This document shows positions 8,929 through 18,259 of a DNA stretch of 51,565 nt, in pieces; within the stretch, counting starts at the first letter, position 1, and each line of letters starts with the position of its first letter. The DNA is taken from NCBI GenBank assembly GCA_903840505.1, contig CAIMGI010000082.1, positions 1 to 51,565 on the forward strand, read 5' to 3'. Made by a program: the position numbers and the translations under genes. The DNA is from an uncultured Bacteroidota bacterium. GTDB taxonomy: Bacteria; Bacteroidota; Bacteroidia; UBA4408. The notes below the pieces were generated by a model that was not told where the DNA came from, searched no databases, and saw only the letters and a list, made by a program, of their open reading frames with translations.

Positions 8929-10053
8929 CTATAAATCGTTACTCACTAATTCAGCCACTTCTTCACCAATAAGACTGCCAATAGCAATTCCCATACCTCC
9001 CATTTTAACAGCACAATATAAATGAGGATTTAGTTTTTTTACGATAGGCGTTTTACCATTTCCTAGTCCCATAATACCGCTCCACCTATGTTCAATAGTA
9101 AATTGTTTGTTTGGTAAAATTATTTTTGAAAGGATTTCTTCAAGCTTGTTTTGAATTAGTTCTGTTAAACCAAACTCTGTTGTTGTTTCGCCCTGAAAAT
9201 CCAAATTTCTGCCACCACCAAGAAGTATTCTGTTTTCAATATTTCTAAAATAATAGTAGCCTTTTTCGAAGTGAAAGGTTCCTTTTATGGAAAGGTTTTC
9301 AATGGGTGAGGTAATTACAACTTGTGCCCTGGCAGGGGTAACTTCCAAATCATTACCCAATAGTTTTTTTGCAAAACCATTTGTAGCAACAATTATTTTT
9401 TTTGAAAAGATAGTCCATTTATTGTCAACCTGAATTTGATTGTCATTGATGGCAGTGATGTTTATTCCGTTTAGAACAATTACGCCTAATTCTTGTACTT
9501 TATTCAGCAATCGTAACATCATTTTTCCGGTATCAATTTGCCCCTCACCTTTGTTTAAAATCAGGTGTTTTATATGTTTAAATTCAAATTCTTTTATCAA
9601 GTGATCGGCAGGTATATACAATTCCTTTTCACCGGTAATTGCTGCCATCATTTTGTTTAGGTAATTTATTTTTTCCGAGCATTCGCAGTAAACTTCTTCA
9701 TCGTCAAATAATTCATATCCACCCCAATTATGGTAATCGATAAAGTCGTCACCTAAGTTTTTTCTAAGACGTTGCAAACCAAGGTATCGTTTCTCTACCA
9801 ATTTAAATAGCTCATTTTCGGAAATGCTTTTTAAATCATCCAAGAGCTCCGTTGGGCTACCAAAACAAGTAAAGCCCGCATTTTTAGTGCTTGCTCCCGA
9901 GGGTAAAAAACCTCTTTCAAGAACAACAATTTTAAGTGAAGGATTATTTTTCTTTAATGTAAAAGCAGCATTTAAACCTACTATACCACTTCCAATTATG
10001 GCAACATCAATATTGTTAAAAAATGTTGTTTTTTCCCAATAACTTAAATCCAT
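8929..10053 (-). CDS. FAD-dependent oxidoreductase (DAO/DadA family)
   Basis: IIGSGIVG Rossmann motif, GASTKNAGF, VATNGF and C-terminal GGMGIAIG. Confidence 0.85.
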   Translation of the reverse strand: MDLSYWEKTTFFNNIDVAIIGSGIVGLNAAFTLKKNNPSLKIVVLERGFLPSGASTKNAGFTCFGSPTELLDDLKSISENELFKLVEKRYLGLQRLRKNLGDDFIDYHNWGGYELFDDEEVYCECSEKINYLNKMMAAITGEKELYIPADHLIKEFEFKHIKHLILNKGEGQIDTGKMMLRLLNKVQELGVIVLNGINITAINDNQIQVDNKWTIFSKKIIVATNGFAKKLLGNDLEVTPARAQVVITSPIENLSIKGTFHFEKGYYYFRNIENRILLGGGRNLDFQGETTTEFGLTELIQNKLEEILSKIILPNKQFTIEHRWSGIMGLGNGKTPIVKKLNPHLYCAVKMGGMGIAIGSLIGEEVAELVSNDL

Positions 10054-10162
10054 TATAATTTGGCTTAAAACTTGTTAATTCTTTATAAAGATAATTCATT
10101 CCTTTTAATAAAGAAATATCGATATTTGGTGGTGATAGCGTACCTTATACAAGTTGTTGTTT

Positions 10163-12322
10163 ATGATGGTTACAAAATATAATATTTTGCGGTTTATAAA
10201 GCGTATTACTTTTTTATTGTTTGCATTTTGCTGTTTGTCAAATATTGATGTATTTGCACAGGCAACTTGGTATTTAGCTATTGATGGTAAGGTAGAAAAG
10301 GATGCCAAACGATTGGATGGCGCTGTTGTAACATTGTTGAAGAACGGTTCGGAAAAGGAGAAAGTAAATACATCGTCAACCGGAAAATTTATGTTCAAGT
10401 TGGAGCCGGATGCAGATTATACCATTAAAATTTCAAAACCCGGACACGTAAGTAAGTTGCTGAGTGTAAATACCAGAAATGTTCCACCTGAGGAAGCAGT
10501 TAAAGAAGGCTACAGTTTTCCTGTTTCAGTTTCGCTATTTGAAGAGGTTGCAAATTTGGATGTTTCAATTCTTAATCAACCCATAGGTAAAATATTTTAC
10601 AGCAAAGCCGAACAAAATTTTGATTTTGATGAAGCATATACTAAATCAATGCAAGCACAATTAGCAGAGTTGCAAAAGCAAATGGCTCAAAAGAAGAAAG
10701 AAGAGGCTGAGCGCTTGGCGGAAGAGGCGCGAAGAAAAGCAGCGGAGGAAGCTAAGAAAAGGGCAGAGGGGGAGGCTAGAAAAAAAGCCGAAGCTGATGC
10801 AGCCGCGAAAGCCGCAGCAGATGCTAAATTAAAAGCAGCGGCAGATGCCGCAGCGAAAGCCGCAGCTGATGCAAAGGCAAAAGCTGATGCCGCAGCTAAA
10901 GCAGCCGCAGATGCCAAAGCGAAAGCTGATGCCGATGCCAAAAATAAAGCCGCAGCCGATGCCGCCAAAAATAAGGCCGCAGCCGATGCCGCAGCCAAAG
11001 CAAAAGCCGAAGCCGAAGCAGCCGCCAAAGCAGCCGCAGATGCAAAAGCGAAAGCTGATGCCGATGCCAAAAATAAAGTCGCAGCCGATGCTGCCGCAAA
11101 AGCCGCAGCAGATGCGAAAGCAAAAGCGGATGCAGATGCAAAAGCGAAGGCTGATGCAGATGCTCGTAAAAAAGCTGAGGCCGATGCAGCCGCGAAAGCC
11201 GCAGCCGATGCAAAAGCCAAAGCTGATGCAGATGCGAAAAGTAAAGCTGCAGCCGAAGCAGCCGCCAAAGCAGCCGCAGATGCGAAAGCCAAAGCAGAAG
11301 CCGATGCCGCAGCAAAACTAGCAGCTGAACAGAAAGCAAAATCAGATGCCGCAGCGAAAGCCGCAGCCGATGCTAAAGCCAAAGCCGATGCCGAAGTCGC
11401 AGCAAAATTAGCAGCAGATGCGAAAGCAAAAGCTGATGCCGAAGCGAAATCAAAAGCAGAAGCCGATGCCGCTGCGAAACTAGCAGCCGAACAGAAAGCT
11501 AAATTAGCAGCCGATCAAAAGGCAGCAGCTGATGCGGCAGCAAAGTTAGCAGCTGAAGAAAAAGCAAAACTAGCGGCCGATGCAGCCGCCAAAGCCGCAG
11601 CCGATGCAAAATCAAAATCAGAAGCCGATGCCAAAGCCGCAGCAAAATTAGCCGCAGAGCAAAAGGTAGCCGCAGATGCCGCAGCAAAACTCTCTGCAGA
11701 GGCTAAAGCAAAAGCTGATGCGGAAGCAAAAGCAAAATTAGAAGCCGATGCAAAGGCTAAAGTAGAAGCAGACGCACGTAAAAAAGCAGAGTTGGAAGCC
11801 GCAGCAAAATTATCTGCAGAAGAAAAAGCTAAACGTGATGCCGAAGCAAAACTGAAGGCAGACGAAGATGCTAAAAATCGTTTATTGGCGGATCAAAAAT
11901 TAAAGGAAGAAAATGATGCTAAAAAGAAAGCGGATGCTGAAGCTGCAGCTAAAGCCGCAGCGGAAGCTAAATTAAGAGCAGAGGCTGCAGCAAAAGCCAA
12001 ATCGGACGCTGCACAGAAACAGCGCTTAGAGCAAGAAAGATTGGCTGCAGAAATGGCTGCTAAAGGAAATAAGAAAGCTCCGGAGGTTGTTTCCGAGAAA
12101 GAGAAGAAAGAAAAGGAATTATCGGAATTGGCAAAAAAATATCCTGAAGGGATTACCATTGAAAATGTGGATGGTCAAAATTGTAAAATAGAAAGAATAA
12201 TAGTGGTGAAGGATGCTACGGCCAATGAGTATAAAAAAATAACCTATAATTGGGGTGGCGTTTATTATAAAAAGAATGACGCAGACGTTTCAGAATACAC
12301 ATTTAAGAACGAAACAAAGTAA
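10163..12322 (+). CDS. Secreted protein: Ig-like (carboxypeptidase-regulatory-like) domain, long TolA-like Ala/Lys/Asp repeat, unrecognised C-terminal domain
   Basis: Signal peptide ending VFA-Q; LDGAVVTL...GKF.FKL...Y.IKISKPG pattern; about 450 aa of AKAAADAKAKAD repeats. ATG 10163 preferred to TTG 10154. Confidence 0.8.
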   Translation: MMVTKYNILRFIKRITFLLFAFCCLSNIDVFAQATWYLAIDGKVEKDAKRLDGAVVTLLKNGSEKEKVNTSSTGKFMFKLEPDADYTIKISKPGHVSKLLSVNTRNVPPEEAVKEGYSFPVSVSLFEEVANLDVSILNQPIGKIFYSKAEQNFDFDEAYTKSMQAQLAELQKQMAQKKKEEAERLAEEARRKAAEEAKKRAEGEARKKAEADAAAKAAADAKLKAAADAAAKAAADAKAKADAAAKAAADAKAKADADAKNKAAADAAKNKAAADAAAKAKAEAEAAAKAAADAKAKADADAKNKVAADAAAKAAADAKAKADADAKAKADADARKKAEADAAAKAAADAKAKADADAKSKAAAEAAAKAAADAKAKAEADAAAKLAAEQKAKSDAAAKAAADAKAKADAEVAAKLAADAKAKADAEAKSKAEADAAAKLAAEQKAKLAADQKAAADAAAKLAAEEKAKLAADAAAKAAADAKSKSEADAKAAAKLAAEQKVAADAAAKLSAEAKAKADAEAKAKLEADAKAKVEADARKKAELEAAAKLSAEEKAKRDAEAKLKADEDAKNRLLADQKLKEENDAKKKADAEAAAKAAAEAKLRAEAAAKAKSDAAQKQRLEQERLAAEMAAKGNKKAPEVVSEKEKKEKELSELAKKYPEGITIENVDGQNCKIERIIVVKDATANEYKKITYNWGGVYYKKNDADVSEYTFKNETK
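10790..12010 (+). repeat. Intragenic GC-rich degenerate tandem repeat encoding Ala/Lys/Asp/Glu helix
   Basis: Recurring GCAGCCGCAGATGC/AAAGCTGATGCC units; 10901-10962 and 11030-11091 differ at 2 of 62 nt. Confidence 0.9.
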
Positions 12323-12385
12323 TATTTTTCCATTTATTTTCTTTAGAATAATTTTTTTGAACAGTTTGTTATTCGTTATTTGCTA

Positions 12386-13357
12386 ATGAAATTTCATCTC
12401 CAATTTCCAATAAAACCATTTTTTAAAAGAATAAACTACTCTGATAAATTGTTTTTTATTGGTGGTTGCTTTGCCGATAATATAGGCAAGTTTCTTACTC
12501 ATCACAAGTATAAAACGATTATAAATCCTAATGGAATTAGTTATAATCCTATAAGTATAGCATCCTCTATAAACAGGTATATTGATAATAGTTTGGTTTC
12601 TGCGGACGAACTTTTCCTTTACAATGATTGCTGGCATAGTTGGCAACATCACAGTTGTTTTTCCGGTCAGGATAAGGTTCAAACATTAGCCATCATTAAC
12701 CACGAAATAAGTTCAGCAAATACGTTTATTAAAACAGCAGGTTATTTGTTTATTACTTTTGGTAGTGCTTATGTTTATAATCACAATGCAAGCTCCCAAA
12801 GGGTTGCTAATTGTCATAAAGTGCCCTCTACTGAATTTACGAAACAATTAATCTCTGTTGAAGAAATTGTTGCCGTTTATACAGACTTATTAAATAAAAT
12901 GAAATTGTTGAATGAGGGTTTGGTAGTCGTTTTTACAGTTAGTCCTGTTAGATACATTCGTGATGGTGTGATTGAAAACAATCTTAGCAAATCAATCCTG
13001 ATACAAGCTGTACACAAGATTATAGAAATGCATACGAATACTTGTTATTTTCCTGCTTATGAGTTGCTGATGGACGATTTGCGTGATTATCGTTTTTACA
13101 AGGAAGATATGGTTCATCCTAATGAAACAGCATTGAATTATGTTTGTGATAAATTTGTAAAGACTGCTATAGATGAAAAATCTCAAGAATTGGTTGCTGT
13201 AATTAAAGAAATTAAAGATGCTATACATCACAAACCCTTTAATTCGAATACGGCTGCTTATGAAAAATTTAAAGCGTTGAATTTAAAAAAGTGTAAAACT
13301 ATCCAAGCCGATTTCTCTGACATGGATATGAGTAGTGAAATTGCTTTTTTTAGCTGA
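12386..13357 (+). CDS. GSCFA-domain protein (SGNH-hydrolase-like)
   Basis: IGGCFADNIG, NP.GI.YNP.SI, VANCHKVP, FTVSPVR, YFPAYE...DDLRDYRFY and DMVHPN motifs. Confidence 0.85.
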   Translation: MKFHLQFPIKPFFKRINYSDKLFFIGGCFADNIGKFLTHHKYKTIINPNGISYNPISIASSINRYIDNSLVSADELFLYNDCWHSWQHHSCFSGQDKVQTLAIINHEISSANTFIKTAGYLFITFGSAYVYNHNASSQRVANCHKVPSTEFTKQLISVEEIVAVYTDLLNKMKLLNEGLVVVFTVSPVRYIRDGVIENNLSKSILIQAVHKIIEMHTNTCYFPAYELLMDDLRDYRFYKEDMVHPNETALNYVCDKFVKTAIDEKSQELVAVIKEIKDAIHHKPFNSNTAAYEKFKALNLKKCKTIQADFSDMDMSSEIAFFS

Positions 13358-13364
13358 AAGAATG

Positions 13365-16300
13365 TTATAGTCGAACTCCAATCACTAAAACATCGTCTAT
13401 TTGCTCCATCCCACCTCTCCAGTCATTGATAGTATTCTCGAGTATTTCCTCTTGTTGCTGCATATTCTTGTCTTGAATTCGTAACAATAATTCTTTAAAG
13501 CTTTTATACATAAATTTTTTATTGTTAACTCCACCGAATTGATCAGCGTATCCATCTGTAAATATGTAAAGTGTGTCTGAGTTTGAAAGTGTAAAATTAT
13601 GTGTAGTATAGTTCTTCCTATTTTCAAAAGCACCTATAGGTTGCTTATCGCCCTTTATTTCGTAAAGATTATACTTGTCGTTGCTAATATTGGGAGTATG
13701 AGTAACATTATTTAATATCAATTCCCCTTCTTCTTTTTTTCGCACAATATAAACCGGATTATTTGCACCCGAGAAGTTAACATTTTTATTCAAGATATCT
13801 ACAATCAACATAGAGATGTCCATACCATCCTTAACCGCTGTTTTATTGTTTTGCATTAATATTTTTTCAACGTTTCGGTTTAGTTTATCAAGCACTTCAC
13901 CTGAACCTAAATTTCCAAATTTATTAGCAGCGTGTTTTAATGCAGTGTGACCTACAATACTCATAAGTGCACCCGGAACACCGTGTCCGGTACAGTCAAC
14001 AGCAGTAATTAACAGTTTATTATCTAATTTATTAAAAAAGTAAAAATCACCGCTAACGATATCTTTGGGTTTGAAAAAAATAAATGAATCTTTTAAATAA
14101 TTATTTAATTGTGCAGGCGGAGGTAAAATAGCATCCTGTATTCGCTTTGCATAATTAATACTATCGGTAATGTTTTTGTTTTTATCTTCAATGATTTCAT
14201 TCTGAACCAAAATCTTTTTATTGGCTGCCTGTATTTTTACATACGAATAAATGAAACTGATAATAATAAGCGTAACGATTGAATAAAACCACCAAGTACG
14301 CCAAAAAGGTGGAAGGATTGTGAATTTAAAAGATACAGGTTGCGTATTCCAAATACCTGCACCATTATTTGCCTTCACCAAAAACTCATATGTTCCAGGA
14401 GGAATATTAGAGTATATAGCTTCCGTTTTTTGTGTAATGGCAATCCAATCTTTGTCAAATCCTTTTAAAATATATTGGTACTGTACTTTAGTTGGTGTGG
14501 TAAGACTCACACCTATAAAATTAAAGGTTAGGTAGTTTTTATTGTATTCTAATTCTAAATTGACAGGAATGTTGTTATCACCTACGGTAGTAGAATAATT
14601 ACTCCAATCAGTTGGTTGCGAAAATAATTTTATTTCTTTTAATCGGGTTATTGGTTCAAAAGTGTTTTCTTTATTGTATTGGTCACGACATATCATCAAT
14701 CCTTTAGAAGTTCCAACAAGAAGTTGTTTTTTGTTGTCTATCATTATTGCGTTCAGTATACACTCTTGTCCTACAAAACCTTCTTCAACTCCATAGTGTT
14801 TGATGTTTAAACTACCATCTTTGTTAAATTGTATTTTTTCAATTCCATTAGTTTGTCCAACCCAAACATTTTCTTTTTCATCAACAATAATGGATTGAAT
14901 GTTGTTTGAGGACAAACCATTTTTTTCATTGTAGTTAGTAAATTTTCCACCACTGTATTTATAAATTCCCGATGAAGGAGTCCCAATCCATAAATTACCC
15001 TTTTTATCTTCACAAATGGAAAAAACCTGCTTCCTTATAAATCCTTCACCTTCAGTAAAAAACTCCACCGAATTACCATCGTATTTAAAAAGACCACTTT
15101 CTGAAGCTATTAAGAAAACTCCAGTTTTATATTGATGAATTTTAAAAATACTTTTTTTTGGTAAATAATCGCCAGAAACTTCGGTAATTTCATTATTTTT
15201 TAATTTCGCAAGTCCGCCCCTTGTTCCGAGCCATATTTCATCATTTTCATCTATTAAAATATCCAAACAGAAATTAAGATTTTCGCTACCTTTTTTTTCA
15301 TTTGTAATTCTCTCGAATGATTTTCCATTGTATTTTACTATACCGTAAGTAGTTCCTATATATATTATTCCTTTACTATCTTCTGCAATGGTCTGAATAT
15401 CATCATTTAAGTTGCCGCCAAAATCCTTGGTGCCATATGAAGCATTTTTAAATCCATCCTGAATAGTAATACCTGTTTTTGTGCCTATATATAATATCCC
15501 ATTTTTACTTTGGTGAATTGCGCTAACATTGTCACTAATTAACCCTGTTTTTTTACTATCAGTGATAAATGTTTCACTTTGTAACTTCGATATCCCATTT
15601 TCTTTAGAGGCAAACCACATATTCCTTTCTCTATCTTGTAGTATCTGCCAAATAACATTATGTACCAATCCTGTTTGTTCATTATATAAATAGAATTTGC
15701 CGCTAGTATATTTAAGAAGACCTTGATCAGTACCTATCCATAGATTTCCTTTATCGTCCTTATTAAAACAATAAAACCCTATTTCCGTTTTTTTGCTTTT
15801 TAGAACCTGAAAAACATCAGGTTCAATTTCAGTAGATTTACCATTCACATAGCTCTCTAATGAAAGATCGGTAAAAAACCAAAAGTTATTTTTACTTACT
15901 TCACAAACGGAATATACAATATCTGATTTAACTCCAGAATTTCCTGTATTAATAGTGGTGAAAGTTGTACCATCATATTTTACAACCCCGTTGCCCAATG
16001 TACTGAACCAAATTGTATGATTGCTGTCTTCCATAATATTAAATACAGCCATTGAATCTAATAAACCATTTGAATTGAATTTTGTGAAGGTGTTATTGTT
16101 CATCATTGTTACACCTTGTCCGGTACCTAACCAAACTCTGTTTTTAGAGTCAATAAATATTTTAAATATTCGATCGTGGGTTAAGCCATTTTTAATTGTA
16201 TAATTTGTGTATTTTTTTCCATCATACACAGATAAGCCGTTGTTGGTTCCAATTAGTATGTGGTTGCTTTTATCTTTAGAAATGCTAAAAATAATTTTGT

Positions 16301-16541
16301 CTGGCAATCCATCCTTATCAGATATATATTCAAATGAATTCCCATCGTATTTAGTTATACCGCCATTGTTTGTTCCAAACCACATAACACCATCATCGTT
16401 TTGAAAAACAGATAATATTTGAGATTGTGATAAGCCACTTTCAATAGTAAAGTTCTCAAAACTGTATTGTTGTGCATTGCTCCAATCCGATAGAGATAAA
16501 AGTAAAATAAAGGAAATTATTATTCTATAAAAGAATCTCAT
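13365..16541 (-). CDS. Membrane sensor phosphatase: beta-propeller (Reg_prop) repeats, Y_Y_Y domain, TM helix, SpoIIE/PP2C domain
   Basis: Repeated D..G.LWIGT units; YQY.LKGFD..W...YSNIPPGTYEF; PPFWRTWWF; SINYAKRIQ, VSGDFY, DCTGHGVPGA, DGMD, TDGYADQFGG and QIDDVLV. Confidence 0.92.
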   Translation of the reverse strand: MRFFYRIIISFILLLSLSDWSNAQQYSFENFTIESGLSQSQILSVFQNDDGVMWFGTNNGGITKYDGNSFEYISDKDGLPDKIIFSISKDKSNHILIGTNNGLSVYDGKKYTNYTIKNGLTHDRIFKIFIDSKNRVWLGTGQGVTMMNNNTFTKFNSNGLLDSMAVFNIMEDSNHTIWFSTLGNGVVKYDGTTFTTINTGNSGVKSDIVYSVCEVSKNNFWFFTDLSLESYVNGKSTEIEPDVFQVLKSKKTEIGFYCFNKDDKGNLWIGTDQGLLKYTSGKFYLYNEQTGLVHNVIWQILQDRERNMWFASKENGISKLQSETFITDSKKTGLISDNVSAIHQSKNGILYIGTKTGITIQDGFKNASYGTKDFGGNLNDDIQTIAEDSKGIIYIGTTYGIVKYNGKSFERITNEKKGSENLNFCLDILIDENDEIWLGTRGGLAKLKNNEITEVSGDYLPKKSIFKIHQYKTGVFLIASESGLFKYDGNSVEFFTEGEGFIRKQVFSICEDKKGNLWIGTPSSGIYKYSGGKFTNYNEKNGLSSNNIQSIIVDEKENVWVGQTNGIEKIQFNKDGSLNIKHYGVEEGFVGQECILNAIMIDNKKQLLVGTSKGLMICRDQYNKENTFEPITRLKEIKLFSQPTDWSNYSTTVGDNNIPVNLELEYNKNYLTFNFIGVSLTTPTKVQYQYILKGFDKDWIAITQKTEAIYSNIPPGTYEFLVKANNGAGIWNTQPVSFKFTILPPFWRTWWFYSIVTLIIISFIYSYVKIQAANKKILVQNEIIEDKNKNITDSINYAKRIQDAILPPPAQLNNYLKDSFIFFKPKDIVSGDFYFFNKLDNKLLITAVDCTGHGVPGALMSIVGHTALKHAANKFGNLGSGEVLDKLNRNVEKILMQNNKTAVKDGMDISMLIVDILNKNVNFSGANNPVYIVRKKEEGELILNNVTHTPNISNDKYNLYEIKGDKQPIGAFENRKNYTTHNFTLSNSDTLYIFTDGYADQFGGVNNKKFMYKSFKELLLRIQDKNMQQQEEILENTINDWRGGMEQIDDVLVIGVRL

Positions 16542-16550
16542 AATAGTATA

Positions 16551-17444
16551 CTATAAATCTAATTTTTTGATGAGCAAATCCAATTCAGAACTAGATTTAA
16601 ACGGAATAACAATTTTTCCACTTCCTTTATCATTGCCGGTTACAATTACTTTTTTTGAAAAGTGTTTGTGTAATGCATCTTGTAATTTTTGATATTCGAT
16701 TGACAAATTCGTTGCTTTTTTTACAGAACTCCCTTTTTTATTTTTCATGGTTCTCACCAATTCCTCTGCTTCTCTTACCGATAAGTCATCGTTTATAATT
16801 GAGTTGAATACCTTTAATTGATTTTCGCTGTTTTCAATATTAATCAATGTTCTGGCTTGCCCCATTGAAATTTTCCCTTCACGAATAGATAATTGTATCG
16901 TTGTAGGAAGCTTTAAAAGGCGCAAATAGTTGGTAACAGTTGAGCGCTGTTTGCTTACCTTTTCACTTAATTGTTCTTGTGTAAGATTACATTCATCTAT
17001 TAATCTTTTATAGCTTATCGCAACTTCAATGGCGTCTAAGTTTTCACGTTGTATGTTTTCAACCAATGCCATTTCCAACATTGCTTGGTCGTTTGCAACC
17101 CTAACATAAGCCGGTACAGATGTCAGCCCAGCAATTTGTGATGCCCTAAAACGCCTTTCTCCCGAAATTAATTGGTATTTGTCGTAGCCCAGTTTACGCA
17201 CTGTAATGGGTTGTATAATGCCATGAACTTTTATGGATTCGGCTAATTCAAGTAAGGCTTCTTTTTCAAAAGTTGTACGTGGTTGAAAGGGGTTGGCTTC
17301 TATTTGTGCAATTGCAATGCTCGATACACTTCCAACTAGGTGTTTACTTCCATCAACCTCTAATTTATTACTCGTAACATCTGTTTCACCATTTTCCAAT
17401 AGTGCACTTAATCCCCTTCCTAAAGCTTTTTTCTTAATAGTCAT
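16551..17444 (-). CDS. parB: Chromosome partitioning protein ParB
   Basis: ALGRGLSALL, NPFQPR, GIIQPI, ISGERRFRA, ENIQRENL and an HTH (RSTVTNYLRLL). Confidence 0.96.
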   Translation of the reverse strand: MTIKKKALGRGLSALLENGETDVTSNKLEVDGSKHLVGSVSSIAIAQIEANPFQPRTTFEKEALLELAESIKVHGIIQPITVRKLGYDKYQLISGERRFRASQIAGLTSVPAYVRVANDQAMLEMALVENIQRENLDAIEVAISYKRLIDECNLTQEQLSEKVSKQRSTVTNYLRLLKLPTTIQLSIREGKISMGQARTLINIENSENQLKVFNSIINDDLSVREAEELVRTMKNKKGSSVKKATNLSIEYQKLQDALHKHFSKKVIVTGNDKGSGKIVIPFKSSSELDLLIKKLDL

Positions 17445-18259
17445 TAGTTTTGATTTATATCTATTATTTTTTCGGAGTCAGTCATTTTTGTAAGCTCATT
17501 TTTTTGTAATACTTCACGCGCTAAATTAAGGTAGTTAATTGCACCTTTCGATGAGGCATCGTACATAATAATGGTTTCACCAAAGCTGGGCGCTTCTCCC
17601 AATTTGGTGTTTCGTTGAATGATTGTATCGAATACCATTTGTTGGAAATGTGTTTTTACTTCTTCCACCACTTGATTGGAAAGTCGTAAACGAATATCAT
17701 ACATAGTCAATAATATTCCTTCTATTTCTAATTCAGGATTCAATCTGGTTTGAATAATTTTAATTGTTTGAAGTAATTTACCCAATCCTTCCAATGCAAA
17801 ATATTCACATTGTACTGGAATAATTACAGAATCGGAAGCAGTTAATGCATTTACAGTAACCAAGCCAAGAGAAGGGGAGCAGTCGATGATAATAAAATCA
17901 TAACTATCCTTTATTTTTGCCAATGCTAAGCGCATCATTTTTTCTCTGTTTGGTAAGTTTACAATTTCCAATTCAGCACCAACTAAATCAATATGTGCAG
18001 GAAGCAAATCCAAATTAGGTGTTGACGTATTTAGTATAATATCGTGTGGCTCAATATCGTTTACAAGGCATTCGTAAATACTTGTTTTTATATTTTTGGG
18101 ATCAAAGCCTACACCTGATGTTGAGTTTGCTTGTGGGTCAGCATCAATTAATAACGTTTTATATTCCAAAACAGCCAAACTTGCCGCTAAATTAATGGCA
18201 GTAGTTGTTTTACCTACTCCTCCTTTTTGATTTGCTACTGAAATTATTTTTCCCATCAT
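17444..18259 (-). CDS. parA: Chromosome partitioning ATPase ParA/Soj
   Basis: ANQKGGVGKTTT deviant Walker A, DADPQAN, IDCSPSLG and PVQCEYFALEG. Confidence 0.96.
   Translation of the reverse strand: MMGKIISVANQKGGVGKTTTAINLAASLAVLEYKTLLIDADPQANSTSGVGFDPKNIKTSIYECLVNDIEPHDIILNTSTPNLDLLPAHIDLVGAELEIVNLPNREKMMRLALAKIKDSYDFIIIDCSPSLGLVTVNALTASDSVIIPVQCEYFALEGLGKLLQTIKIIQTRLNPELEIEGILLTMYDIRLRLSNQVVEEVKTHFQQMVFDTIIQRNTKLGEAPSFGETIIMYDASSKGAINYLNLAREVLQKNELTKMTDSEKIIDINQN

Noticed and set aside
10790-12010. GC-rich repeat as a CRISPR array or horizontally acquired island
   Set aside because: There are no constant repeats with unique spacers and no cas genes; the GC rise is explained by Ala codons in one ORF.
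10687-12159. Alternative-frame and antisense ORFs over the Ala/Lys repeat (231, 158, 147, 62, 88 aa)
   Set aside because: These are expected shadows of a low-complexity GCN/AAA repeat that lacks stops in other frames.
10163-12322. Calling the gene tolA
   Set aside because: It has a signal peptide plus an Ig-like domain rather than a TM anchor, no recognisable TolA C-domain, and no tol-pal neighbours.
16551-18259. parAB as a plasmid or prophage partition cassette
   Set aside because: The Soj/Spo0J-type sequences (LGRGL N-terminus) are embedded among housekeeping genes, consistent with the chromosomal system.
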